The notes beneath the pieces were generated by a model, which saw only the letters and a program-made list of their open reading frames with translations, was not told the origin of the DNA and did no database searches. 64,000 nt of DNA from Raillietiella orientalis. Lineage: Eukaryota. The stretch lies in contig JAYWIR010000055.1 in assembly GCA_036172245.1 (NCBI GenBank), positions 62,001 through 126,000 on the forward strand. Reading direction: 5' to 3'. Of the stretch, positions 26,266 to 38,500 are shown one piece after another (the stretch's first letter is position 1; every line of letters begins with the position of its first letter). A program made the position numbers and the translations under genes.

Positions 26266-27409
26266 TTATTCCTCTTCAGCTGCTATTCCATTGATTTCAT
26301 CCCCCATTCCAAAATCATGTTCATCTGCATCCTCATCCTCATCTCCTGCAACCTCAGCATTTTCGGCTTCTGCTCTTTCCATTTGTTTTTGCAATTCCAC
26401 TTCATCGATATCTGTGACCACTTTTGGCTAATTGCATTGTCAGTAGGCTTCAAGAATATATACATTTTCCATACCGGCATTTCAATACTGAATTCTCCTC
26501 CTGCTTCTTGAATGCTCTCTTGTATCTCTGCAATGGCTGCATGAAGAGCTTTTACACCAAGAGTTCTTTCAGGTGTTGAGGTAGTCATAACTTCTGAAAA
26601 TCAGCTATCTTGTCTAGTTAGGTCTCCTTACCATATAATGGTGGTGCAATTAGATTAATGCGAATAGGGAAATCTTCAGTAGAACATGCAAGTCCTTTCC
26701 GGAGAGCATGTTTTATAGCATCTATGCCTTCATAGCTAAAGCATGTAAGCTTTATGTCTGCACGAATTTTGACAGCTTGGGATGTAAGCTTTCTCTTTAT
26801 ATTTGTCAATAAAACCTCACAAGTCTCTTCATCCAAATTGCACTCATTCAAGATTGCTGGATTGCTTTGAATCCTTAATGCCAAAACTGACAAAGTCAGT
26901 CTTACCTAACTCCAAGTTTAAAAACATCATATGCTGATCCTTTTCCTTTACTTTCAAAGTACCACGCAGTCTTCCTATATAAGTCCTCCAACTGTTCATC
27001 TGATTCATATTCTAATAATTCGGCCACATGTCGTAAAATAGAATTCACAGCTTTCGCTTTGGAAAATTTTTCCGTACACTTATCTACGTCTTCAGCTGAC
27101 ACACGGCGTTTGGACAAATCAATGTATCCTAAACCAAGGCATGTAGGTATATCTTTAATGAAGCAGCATACCTTTTTCCTGATCAACACGGATAACCACG
27201 ACTGGTTCTTGTTTCCCAACTTTAATCAATTTATTTACGGAACGAATTCGACGTCTTGACAGCTCGGACAGTAAAATCATTCCCTCTATGTTATTGTATT
27301 CTAAAAGTGAAACGTAGGCTCCTACATCGGCAATATCACGAACTTTGACCATAACAACATCATCTACTTCTGGATATTTTTGTTCGTAAAATCTACACGA
27401 TAACGGCAT
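26266..27409 (-). CDS. EIF2S1: Eukaryotic translation initiation factor 2 subunit alpha; 5 exons (introns 27129-27171, 26865-26905, 26591-26631, 26428-26474)
   Basis: MPLSCRFY..., [13 protein letters not shown] (Ser51 site), [27 protein letters not shown], acidic tail and TAA at 26266. Confidence 0.97.
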
Positions 27410-28864
27410 TTTGCTGCGGGCAAACTTCTTTTCCAAACAGATTTAGTAACTTCAACACCGTAATCAAAATTAAATGCTGCACGCAGCACTGCAGCCCAAA
27501 CCTCGTTGCATTCTTACCACTGCTAACTTTTGGAGTTGCATTTTCAATGACTAAATTACATAAATACCATTACGCGGTTCCTTTCAAATTTTGCTGCTAT
27601 TTTGCCTTACAGATTTAACAGTTTCCATTGTTCTGTCGCTTGTAACTCAGCTTCCAATGATATTCAATGCTTTCACCGACCCCCATAGCTTCAGTTGTTA
27701 ATTTACTCGTTGGTAAACATACTTACTTAACCTATATAAAAAAACCGAAAATGCATTTACTGACGATAACTTTTCAATGTAATAGATTCAATGGACATGT
27801 TATCAATAGATAGTACACTAATTTATAAACAGAAAATGTGTTGCTCGTAGTAAATGAAAACGGACTCATATAAATGAACATGTTCATGTAAATGAACTCA
27901 TATATCAGAAACACATATGAGATTGAAGATGAAACTGAGGTATCAAAAAAAAGTTTGCATAACACCAACTTTTTACAAAACAGTTTCAAACCATTTATCA
28001 ATGCATTGCTACTGCAAACTGTGAGAAGCTATACTCGTAGGCAAACTCGTGTGAGTCTCAGAGCTGTTTCATTTTCATACTTTTTTGCAGAAAACAATTT
28101 TAGAAAATCGTGAGAGAAGTCGTGTTTTTTATTTTGATCACTTTTAAATGTTTAGAATTCAGAGGCTTCTCGATTTTACGTGCATTAATATGGGTCGGTG
28201 TATCCTTTATCTTCAAACATCTCTTTCTCATTCGAGGTTACACATAAGTAAATTATCATTCACGTTTTTTAAAAATATTTCGTTCTTCATTAATCTAGAT
28301 GAATTCACTTTCTTAATAAATCCAAGATATAGAAAACTCCTATGATATCATAGCAATTACTGTAATCTCAGTCGCTCACAGCAGTTTACATTGAAAACTG
28401 GTGGGCCAGTGGTTTTTTGAAACTGCTGCACCGATTCCAAACTGATTAGCAGTACTCTGGAAAAAGACCGATATCCGTCTCTGGAAATAAGTTGTGTTGT
28501 CTGAATGGTATTTTGTAGTTTTAGGTGCAGTCCACAATGCATTGTTTTATTTCAAAAATCACTTTTTGCCTTGCTTCTACCTAAAAATCTGGTTAGCACA
28601 TTGGGATGCAAACCAGATTTTTTGATAGAAGCAAAGCAGAAAGTGATTTTTGAAACAAGACATTATAGCAAAATTGTTTTTCTGTTCTCCACATCTCTGT
28701 TCTTCTATTCCTTTCTATCTGTTCCTTTTTTTTCCTTTTTTGATCTCCTTCATTCGCGTCATTCTGTAGAATTTCTGCAACAAAATAAACTTTCGATGGT
28801 ATGATAATTTGCGCACATTAATTGCACGAAATTCCGTGTGCTGAGAGTGTTTGGTCAAAGCAAC

Positions 28865-28897
<33 letters not shown>
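28865..28897 (+). repeat. (GAT)11 microsatellite upstream of the DIPK-like gene
   Basis: Read directly from the sequence. Confidence 0.95.
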
Positions 28898-28900
<3 letters not shown>

Positions 28901-28950
28901 ATGTTTCAGTTGTGTTCCGTGCTTGCTTTAGGGCGGAGGTCCTGTGAAGT

Positions 28951-30369
28951 ATGCCCGTGCCTACAAATGCGTGGAAAACGTGCGCCCTTGTAATTCTGAT
29001 GATCATTTTCGTGGAACTGTATTTGTCGATGTTAAGTGGGAGCAGAAAAAGGAACTTTGTGGACAAGCCAGACTCAAATCCTGGAATTTTGAATGTGGGG
29101 AACAATTTGCTGTCGCCGATCTCCCGGGAGGATAAGTGCCCCGCGTGCCTCGGACGTGAATTCTGTGAAGAAATCAAAATGGGATTTATTCGCACAACGA
29201 ATGAGCAGCTCAAAGCATTCGAACAATCTAAAACGGCAAACGTGAACATCAAAGGATTTTACGGAAGATCATTACCTGTGATAGTAACTATAGTTAGCCC
29301 ATTTTTATTTGAGCAAGTAATTGTATACATGTGCGAAAATTTAATTAGAAAGTCAAATTGTGATTTAGAGATGATAACAAAGGAATTGTTTTCCTATGAT
29401 TCTGAAATAATGGTCGTTACTACTCTAACATCTATCTATCAGTTTTTATCCGTATCTGCCAAAGATGTACTGTAAGCAGACTGAGTAATTTGAATTTGCC
29501 TCATTTGATTTCTGTAGGCCTTTAGCCTGCGTAACACCAAACTTGGGAAGGCAATTTCAGACGCTGTTTGATGAAGATAGGAATGGACTTATCACTGATG
29601 ATGAAAGGACCATCTCATTTTTTACTGCCTTACTTAGCCCACAGTATTTGATCAGAAAAGTAAAGGAGGGCTACACTGAAAATTTTTTTTTCATTCTGAA
29701 ATAGTTTATCATTGCAGAAATGGGTCAAATTCCATTTCTGGATTTATATGGAGCATGTGGACAACTATATGTCAGTAGCGAGCCTGTTAATTCTTTAAAA
29801 CTTTTTTTGAACAGGACTTTTCCTGAGAGGGCTGCACTTGCTGTACAGCTGCTAAACTTTGTTAATTCTCTTGTATCAGATGTGAGATGGAAAATCCTGC
29901 TGTTAGATTTATCATTGAATAATTTTGCTCTATTTGATCAATCAGTAGTAATTGTGAATATGGAAACTGTGATGCTTCTGGATAACATGGAAATGGTGGG
30001 AAATGTTTCTAAAGATGCATGTGATTTAGTATGCTTGAAATCACTCCATTATCACATTTTGAATGGAAAAAAAATTCGATACAAACACCCAATATGTGAA
30101 AAAGTTTCACAATTTGCAATTGAACTTATGCTTCTTGAGCTGTGTTTGAATTCTTTGGATGAGTCAACAGGTATGCCAACTTCATACATTGTGATATTTC
30201 ACATTCATATTCAGGCTTATTACACCACATTCCTGAAGAACATGATTTTACGATTAAAAAATATTTGAAAGGATGCCATGCTGTTACAAGTCATTGGAAT
30301 ATTAAGAATGTAATGCTTGAGCTAAAAGATTATTTAGAAATACTGAGTAGTAATTATGAAGGCAACTAA
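28951..30369 (+). CDS. DIPK2A: Divergent protein kinase domain 2A-like (DIA1/C3orf58/FAM69 family) secretory-pathway kinase-like protein; 4 exons (introns 29472-29517, 29660-29704, 30171-30214)
   Basis: N-terminal signal/TM segment, KCPACLG..C, EF-hand-like DEDRNGLITDDE, LYGACG, DLSLNNF and GLLH. The spliced frame is open to TAA at 30369. Confidence 0.8.
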
Positions 30370-31400
30370 GTTCATAGGAATCACTGATTGCAATGGATTT
30401 GGATCTATTACTTGTTAGCATTTGCATACTGAAATGCATTTGAGTAGTGATTTTCAAAATTGATATTGACAGTGCCCAGAGTGGACCAAGAAATATTATC
30501 AGTTACATATTAAAGGAAAGTAGTGAAAATATAATGACAAGCATAACAATGTGGAAACTGAAGTTGACTATTATTTAAAATGAGTGGTATCAAAAACAAT
30601 TCCGGTTCCATTCTTCCAAAGAGCAATGAGCTGCCACCCAGGCAGATTCGTAAATGTGTCGAGCAGAGCATTGCTTTCCCCAAATTTACACTCTACTTTA
30701 AAGATCATATTGTTCATGCTGAGGCTGACTGTCAAATTCTGGTTGATAGTCTGTGAGTGATTCTTGTGTTGAAAGCAGATCTTTTTTTTTTTCCCCTGTA
30801 GTTTAGGAAAAGAATACTGAAATGAAGCTGAGGGAGCATCGAGCTAACGTGGTATCAGGAATTTGCAGGGTCACTTGGTAAACAAGGAGTTCACAATTGA
30901 AAGATTGAAGAACCCATGCAAGAATTTTGTGAGCATTCAGTTGAAATGCACAAGAAATTTTTGAATATGAATCACTTCCCAGTTTTTGAACACTAAGTTT
31001 TCCCTTTCACAATTTCAATTACACATGTGGGGATACATTAAAGGGCCCTAGAAAAAGGGACACACCTGCATGGCAAAAACAGAATACCAAGCAGTATTTA
31101 AATTGAACACATATTGACGTTAATGTTGAATTCAGGGAGCAAAACAAGCCACTCCACACTCGATGTCTCTGCAAAAAAATTCACAAGAGAAAAGTTTGTT
31201 AACACTGCCGAACCCTTGTCCCCATTTGATTTCATTGAAGGAAGTGGCCGTTAGGAGCTTTGCTCCAGATGAATAGGAGCTAATCTCTTCAGAAACACAC
31301 TGCAGGCTGTAAATATGAGACGTCAGGGAAAAGTATTCAAATGTCGTGCCACGTGTTGCAATCATTGCATGTTCGTGTTGGCAGGAAAGCATCCGATCCC

Positions 31401-32475
31401 TTAACCCTCAGCATCCTGGTGGTGTCCGATGGTCACTTTTTTCAAATTGACTTTCATACAAAATCGAAAAGTATTTATTTGATTGAGGACTTACTTTGTC
31501 CAATTTATCCTCACTGTTGAATTTGCATGATTATCTTAGCAAAATTTTCTCAAAAAAAGAAAAAAACATTCTTTTCTTTATTTTAACAATTTACCAAAAA
31601 TACAGCGTGGCGCCTCAAATTCGCACCTGCTTGAACCTGTTAAAAACTAAATCATGTGAAAATATTGCGTACCGTTACTGCTTTTGCTATCAATACTTGC
31701 TGACCTGTGCAGGCGCGAGGATTTTTTTGCAGATGTGGTGCCTCTGATAGTGAAAGTAACTTCCCGGAAGTAGCGTCTGAAGTCGATGATACGGTGATGA
31801 GGAAAAGACAAATGAAGAGGACGACCAAGAAAATAATTATAACAACCCGAGTGATGAATATGTAGGAAAAGATGGAGCCAAGCAAAACCGGCAAATATGA
31901 GAAGAAGAGGAACACGGCATAATAGAGTCCGGGACTGAGTTCGTGGGGTTGTTCTCCCACCAGAGAAAAGAATCCCATCGGCAGTTTCAGTTTATCTTTC
32001 GACCGGAATGTACTGCAGCTTGTTGTAAAACATCCCAATTCCGAAACTATAAGAGGATTGGGACATAAATCGCATTGCAAGCATTTATAGGTCTACCATG
32101 GACCACTGGTGTTGATAAACAGAGCGACTCAGACTGTGGGGAGCGTTGGGATCGGACATGGGGTGATCCCATATTCCGTGCCACCGTGGGGGCAAATCGA
32201 TTTGCATCCATTTCTACGTTTTCTAAGATTTGGCGGTGAAAATGCAGGGACACCTGAAAAGTCAACTAGCACGAAAAAGATAAGTTGTGTGAAATGGCTT
32301 CTTAAATGAATAGCAATAATATTAATGACTTATCTTATATGATAACAGTGAACTTTTTTGCATTATTTATTTCATTTTAATGTACTTAAGAGTAATGTGC
32401 CTATCGGACACTACGGGTCAGTTGCGTTAGGGGATGTTTTCATTTACTGGTTGCATATGGGATGTTAAGGGTGAC
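31401..32475 (+). mobile_element. Internally deleted, decayed piggyBac element
   Basis: The left end ttaa-ccctcagcatcctggtggtgtccgatggtcac is an imperfect inverted repeat of the right end gtgcctatcggacactac...gggatgttaagggt. Internal transposase relics include acidic SDSES, AFIGL and IPY..RFG. Confidence 0.65.
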
Positions 32476-33049
32476 GTATGAAACTGATACACTGGAGTGG
32501 CTCTGTCAGCAGGGATTATGGAACCAAATTGCACTCAAAAAGATACTTATGAAAAGTTGAACTGTCTCCAAAGGGCCGCGTGCCGTTTGTCGTGCGTGTT
32601 AAAGCGTCTCACATGCCCAGGCATGGGATTGTAACACAAATGGTCGCTCACTAGCAGCTAGGGAATGTGGGTGGCATTCTCATTTCTTCATTCTCATTCT
32701 CATTTCCCCTATCCCCACCCACCCCCACGCACACAGACATACGCACAATCCATTAGAAAAGTGAAACTTGCCGTAGACAGGCTTCAAAATGTGGATTGCA
32801 CGGCCTGCATCTGCTTGAAGAATAGGAATGTCCTAGATGGAGGTAGCAAGTAAATCGATAGCAAGAAAAACGAAACTTCACGTGGTTAAAGGAAATGAAC
32901 AGACGCTATTTAAAGTGAAATCGAAAGCCATTTCTGACTTTTAGAAACGATCTGTACTCGGTGACGAATATTTAAGCAATCCATTCCAAGGACTTGACAT
33001 GGTGTCGGGGGTCTTGTGTTCCCAACATGATTTCATCTTACTCGCAGCT

Positions 33050-33760
33050 TTAGTGGATGCTGCTCATCCTTTCGCAGGGTTTCGAGGGATCCCCGAAAAT
33101 GGCATCCGCGACCTCCTCTCGGTCATTGTCGCGTACAAAATACAAGGGACAGGGATGGTGGGGTGGCAGCACCGGCGGGCGTCGTCGTGCGCCGCTGAGA
33201 ACATCCACGCCTTCCCTCTGGAACGCTTCCTTTCCCTGACAAACCTCCCCAGTGCCCCTCACGCCTACTTCAGCCTCGCCCAGAGTGGGAGGTCGCCGAA
33301 ACTCCGGCAACCCCCGCTCCTCCTGAGGACTGTCTCCTTCCCCGGCATAGGGAGTCCACCCAGGCAGAGGAGACGGCCCGATCAAGGGCCAAGGCTGCTG
33401 CTGGTTGCCTTTTTTCCCCAATGTCCATCCGCTGCCATTTGACCAGGAGTGATACTGCGCTACTTAGGCGGCAGCAAAAAGAGGCTTTTCTCTTCGTGCG
33501 CCAGTGGCGTCCCGTGACCCCGGCGCTGCCATCGCCAGGTTCGAGAGGGGATGGGGGCGAATCTCGAACCTGCTGCTGGACGGAGCCGTCGCGGCGCCGC
33601 TACACAGGCGGAGCTGTGGAGGGCTGTGCCTTCCCGCGGTGCAGTCGGGACAGAGGGCTTCAGCAACTCGACGTTGGGGAGCGGGTGGAGTGTCCTTATC
33701 TGCAGCAACGGGCGAAGGATGGACGCTGCCCGCATCGCCCGTAGGCACGGCGGGCCCAGC
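33050..33760 (-). mobile_element. Decayed CR1/jockey-type RT remnant, GC-shifted
   Basis: PEFRRPPTL (cf. PENYRPISL) and DAIFGDPSKPCERM (cf. DAIFLDFSKAFDRV) in ORF 33050-33421, with GDAGSVHP upstream. Confidence 0.4.
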
Positions 33761-34149
33761 AACAGCTGCCACCCAGCCCCTCCCTTCTCCGCCATTATGG
33801 ATTCCTCCTTCCCGCCCCCTCCCTCGCCCTTTCCGTCCCCCGCTTCTGGCCGATCTGCAGGTCGGTCGATGGTTCGTCTTCCCTCTTCGCGGACTCCTGG
33901 AACTGAGAGACGGAAGTCTCGGTCCATTCCCACCTACACCTCCTTTCCGGGAAGACGCAAGCGGCGTCACTAGTCAACAGCGACGACCCTACCTGCATGG
34001 TGGCGCCGCAGGAGCAGGATGCACTGGCACACCTTTCGTAATGCGCACGCTGGCCTCGCTGTGGACGGCGGAGGCGACGGTTCGCGCCCAAACGATCAGC
34101 CACCCCACTCGGGTGCGCGCTCCTCCTCACAGACCTCTGGGCCCTCCGG

Positions 34150-34194
34150 GTACACTCTTCGGCTGTACATATACTAAAATTGGAACGATGCAGA
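34150..34194 (+). pseudogene. U6: U6 snRNA 5' fragment (~nt 1-45), 3'-truncated, with flanking direct repeat
   Basis: gtacactcttcggctgtacatatactaaaattggaacgatgcaga matches the U6 5' stem-loop and the invariant CATATACTAAAATTGGAACGAT. It ends in the ACAGAGA box, and cagacctctggg occurs at 34130 and 34191. Confidence 0.93.
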
Positions 34195-35521
34195 CCTCTG
34201 GGTCCGTCCTGGCCATCGTCCCCCAGGCACGTCTTGCGAGGAGGAGGATCGGCGTGGGTCGGATCGCTTCGGCTCTCTGTAGCACCGAGCGGCGCGCCCC
34301 GCAGCAGGGGTCACGGCCTCCTAGCTCCCCGGGGGGAATGCGGCGCCATCGCGACGACATTTACGCCGAAGTCTTCCGGGTCCTTCCCTCCTGAGAACCG
34401 CAGGCAACCGCCAGCAGGACGCGCGCGCAGGTTGTTGCAGAGGCTGGGATGGAAGCGCGCGCCCGTTCCCTGAAGCGCTCTTCCGTTCGCGAGGTCATAC
34501 AATCAGAGGAGGGGGACCTCGTGTCTTCCAGTTCCGCGAGAAGAAGCCCCTGAACTGCCGCCGAACCGGAAGCAGCACATGTGACCCGAGGAGCGCCATT
34601 GGAATGGCCGAATCCGTGTGACGGCTCCCAACGCGTCTCGAGCGCGCCTCCGCCGCCACTTATCGGATCCACAGCCCTCTTTCCAGGTAGGGGTAGGGGA
34701 CCGCGCTGGGACTACGTGACCAGCGGTGGAGGCGAGAGGGAAACGACGGCACGCACGCATGCCAGCCGCGCGCCCCGGAAACCTCCATGGAACCCGTTGT
34801 CATCATGACGGAGCAGGGGTGCGAAACCGAGGGAAAGGGCTTCTGCCCTCGCTGCCCGCCGTGTGAGCCGCGCGCGTGCTTATAGACCCGGACTGGGATG
34901 CCTCCCTTCCCGGCTGTTTTCCTTCCTCTTCCGCAGCGGCGTTGCGGTCTGCGTATGCTGCTGATGGAGGTCGCTGCTCTTCCTCGCAAGGAGGGCGCCG
35001 GGTTCGCTGGGGAGACCTTGGGACGGGCTGCGAGGCGTTCCCGGATCCCGGTGCGACGGGAGCTCGGAGGCCGTCCCCACCCCTGGAGGGAGAAGTCCCA
35101 CGCTGTCTGGAGGCGACGCGGTCTGTGGCTGCCTTCTCCTCTTCTTCCCCCCCTGCCCCTCCCTCCCCGCGGGGGAAGACCTTCGCTGGAGAGGGCACTT
35201 TCCCAGTCGCGTCGGAGCCTCTGCGGCCCCTGTGGTCCTTCTCGGCGCCGGGAAGGCTCCGTGACACCGGAATCTAAACGGAATCCTACCCCCACGCCTC
35301 CCGCGGGCCCGTGCGGGCGCGTCTTCTTCCGCAGCACGGGATGCTTCGCAGGCGGAGCTGCCCTTCCAGTCCGCTTCCTTCCGCCCTTCGATCCTCCCCC
35401 TCCTTTCCCGGCGGGAGGTCACGGTCCTCGGCAAGTGGGGCAGTGCCCGCCAGCGCGCCCCCAAAAGAGAAAGTGGAGTGGCAAGTAGTGAAAAGGGGGC
35501 GCCACGCCCACCTCTTCCTCC

Positions 35522-38500
35522 TCATCTATTGGCTTCCGGGGACTGCTTGGGACTGATCCAGGGAGGACTGGCGGAGTCCGGTGGCCCTGAGAGAACGAAG
35601 CCCAGAGACTCCTCGGTGCCGTGCAGCTCGTGGATGCGGTCCAGGAGCTCCTCATCCTGCACGCCGCCGTTCTGGAAAGGGGGAAGGGGGTTCCGTGGCC
35701 GGTGGCGCCATGAAGGCGCACCTGGACCATCCACTTGTAGGCTACGGCAGCCAGCCGCCTCTGGCCGGACTCCAGGGACAGTAAGCACAGGTACGCCCAG
35801 ACCTCGGGATCGGCGCTGTCTAGAGCGTTGGCCTCGCGGAAGGAGTCCTTTGCCTCCGGCAGGTCGCCCGCCTACGGTCGCCCGGAAGCAGCGCGAGTGA
35901 GTGCTCTCCCCCTCGGATGTGAGCGTCGGGCTCCTCTGCCCCCTTCCCAGGGTCGCGAGGTTGTCCCCGCACCTACCTGGTACAGGGCCTTGCCCAGGCC
36001 CTTCCAGGAGAGTGGGGAGGGATCGTTGCGGCAGGCCAGCGCGAAGGCGTTCCTGGCTTCTTGCAGGCACCCCTCTAGGGACAGGCACACCTCTCCCAGC
36101 CTGAGGCAACAATAGGGGCTAAGAGGAGGAAGGGAAGGGCCACGCCCGCCGCCCCTCCTCCTCCCTCTCCTGCTCTTTGAACTGCGCTCGGGAGCGAAGG
36201 CGAGAGCTCCGCAGGTCTCCGTGGGGCAGGGGGCCTAATGCGGAGCGGGAGGAAGGGTAGGGAAGTAGGTCGCGGGTCTCGCTGGCCTACCCAACCGGCC
36301 CCCAAGGACTATCCAGCGGAGCAAGAAGGAAGCAAGCGCCACGCCCATAGGGGACCACAGGAGAAGTCCACTTCGGATCCCTCCCATCCCCACAGCCCTC
36401 TTCCCCGTGACCAGCAGCATCTTGCCGCCGGGAGCGCTCCGGGCGGTGGCTCACCGAATCAGCAGGCCGTGGAGGTCCCGGATGGAGTCCACCGACGAAC
36501 CTCCCAGGACCAATGCCCTCTCGAAGAAGACTTTCGCGTTGCGGTAGTCCCTCCGTTCGTGGTGGACGTGCCCCAGGCAGGCCCACAGCTCGGGGTCCTG
36601 GAGGAGGAGATGCCGCCTGCTACCCCGGTACTTACCGCGAGGTCGGACCGGATGGAGTACTCCAGGACGCGCGCCGCTTCGTCGTGCAGGCCGAGGGCCA
36701 GGAAAGTTCTGGCGCAGAGCAGGGAGCGCCGCCGGGCGCAACCGCCGTGGACTTCCAGCTCAAAGGCGAGTGCCTGCTGCGCCAGCTGAAGCGGGAAGAG
36801 AGGGGTGAACGTGAGGAAAGTGGAGTGAGGAAGGAAGGCGGCGGTAAGGAGGAAAGTCGGTCGCCACAGCCCTGTCCAGCGTGACGGCGCTTTCGCCGCT
36901 TCACTCCCTCCACTCCCAGACCTCCTTCCTCCTCCTGCTCCCCTGATCGAGGCCCTCCGACGAGGCTGGCAGGGCTCATCGGATGTGTCTGGGAGGAATG
37001 AGCCGCAGGCTTAGGGGCACAATGTGATCGAGAACTCAAGACGACCGCAGCAGCCGAAGCGTATGACTGCCGGAATGGCCTCCGGCGCTCGCAGAGTGGA
37101 CGAGGTTCGCCCGCCGCCTATGAGCGGGATTTTCGTTTCGCGGCTCCCGAAGAGGGGTCCGACGGAGGGTCACCGTAGAAGGCGCGCTCTTTCGAGTCCC
37201 CGCGGGCACCCCCCTTCGGATCCAGAGGGATGAGGTGGGCGTGGCGCACCCTATCGAAGAGTCGTGCGCAGCTGCCAGGCTTTCCCTTTCGTCTTCGGCC
37301 TTCGCGAGGGCGCTCAGAGAACATGGCGCGACGATGGAGGGGGCCGGGCGCTCGCTACCGCTCCTTCGCGCAGCGCCCCCTGGGGCGCAGCCGCCGTCAC
37401 TACGACGAGAAGGAGGGGTAGGAAGAGAGAAAGAGGAGGAGGGGGGTGTAAGAGGAGGAAGGGAGGAGAACGCGGGTTGAGCAAGTCATCCTGCCCTCGG
37501 TTTCCGTAGTGATTTCCAGCCCCCCTCTGAAAACGGGCAGGCCAGCATCTCGGAGGCAGTGCTGCAGCAGTGTGACTTGCGCTGCGCGCTCACTGCGCAG
37601 AGCCTCAGGCGTCAACCGCGGATCCGTGCGTGAGCGCAACCCCTCCTCCCTTCCCGACCGTAGCGGTCCGCGGACGAGGCGGGAGGAAGGTAGCTTCCCC
37701 TACTTTTGTTTCGGAGTACGCGCGCCCGGGCTGCGCCGGAGCGAAAGGGGGGTGGGAGACGTGAAAGGAGGAACTCCCCACCGTGTAGGCGCATCTCTCC
37801 AGGAAGTATTCTCCTGCGTCGAGTAGGCACTGGTCCCAGGCTTCAGTCCTAGGAAGGGGCTCGGATGCCTTCAGGGCAGATGAAGCGCTTCCTTCGCTTC
37901 TTCCCGAGGAGACACTTTCCTTCGGGCGTCGCGAGGCACCTTCGGAAGGGAGAGAGGATGAAGGAGGCGCGCTCGCAAGGACCCCGCGAGTCCCCTTCCC
38001 ACCCCACCGATCCTCCCCTCGTTTCCTTACTCAGTCCGCCTTCCGGATCCCTTGCTGCCTCTGCCTCCACCCGACCTGGAGAGGTGTTCTCCGGGGGGAC
38101 GTCCTTGCGCCCCGTCTCGTCCGAGTGCGCGCCCGCGGCCTCGCGCTGGAGTCTCCACATCTGGCAACCTGCGGGAGAATGTCCGTCGGCCTGGGACGAC
38201 CCCTCCGCCCGAGCGCTACCTTTGCGCACTTCCACGTCGGACAGCACAGGCTGCCCCGCGCGGTGGTGAAACATTCCGAGCGTAATCCACGGCTCCCAGC
38301 GTCCCGGGTGAAGGAGGGCGCAGTACTGCAGGAGGTCTTCGCAGGTGGACGGCTCCTGGAGGCAGCACCGGCACCACGCGAGCAGCAGAAGCCTGCAAGG
38401 GTCCCGCAGTCCCAGGGGAAGGAAGAAAAGAGCATCTCCCGCTCTGCTGGGACCACCGCGTGCACGAGCATACTCTCCTCTCCCCCCTCTCATCCCTTCA

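Noticed and set aside
34150..34260. Functional U6 gene
   Set aside because: Lacks the AGC triad, internal stem-loop and oligo-T terminator; it is only a 5' fragment.
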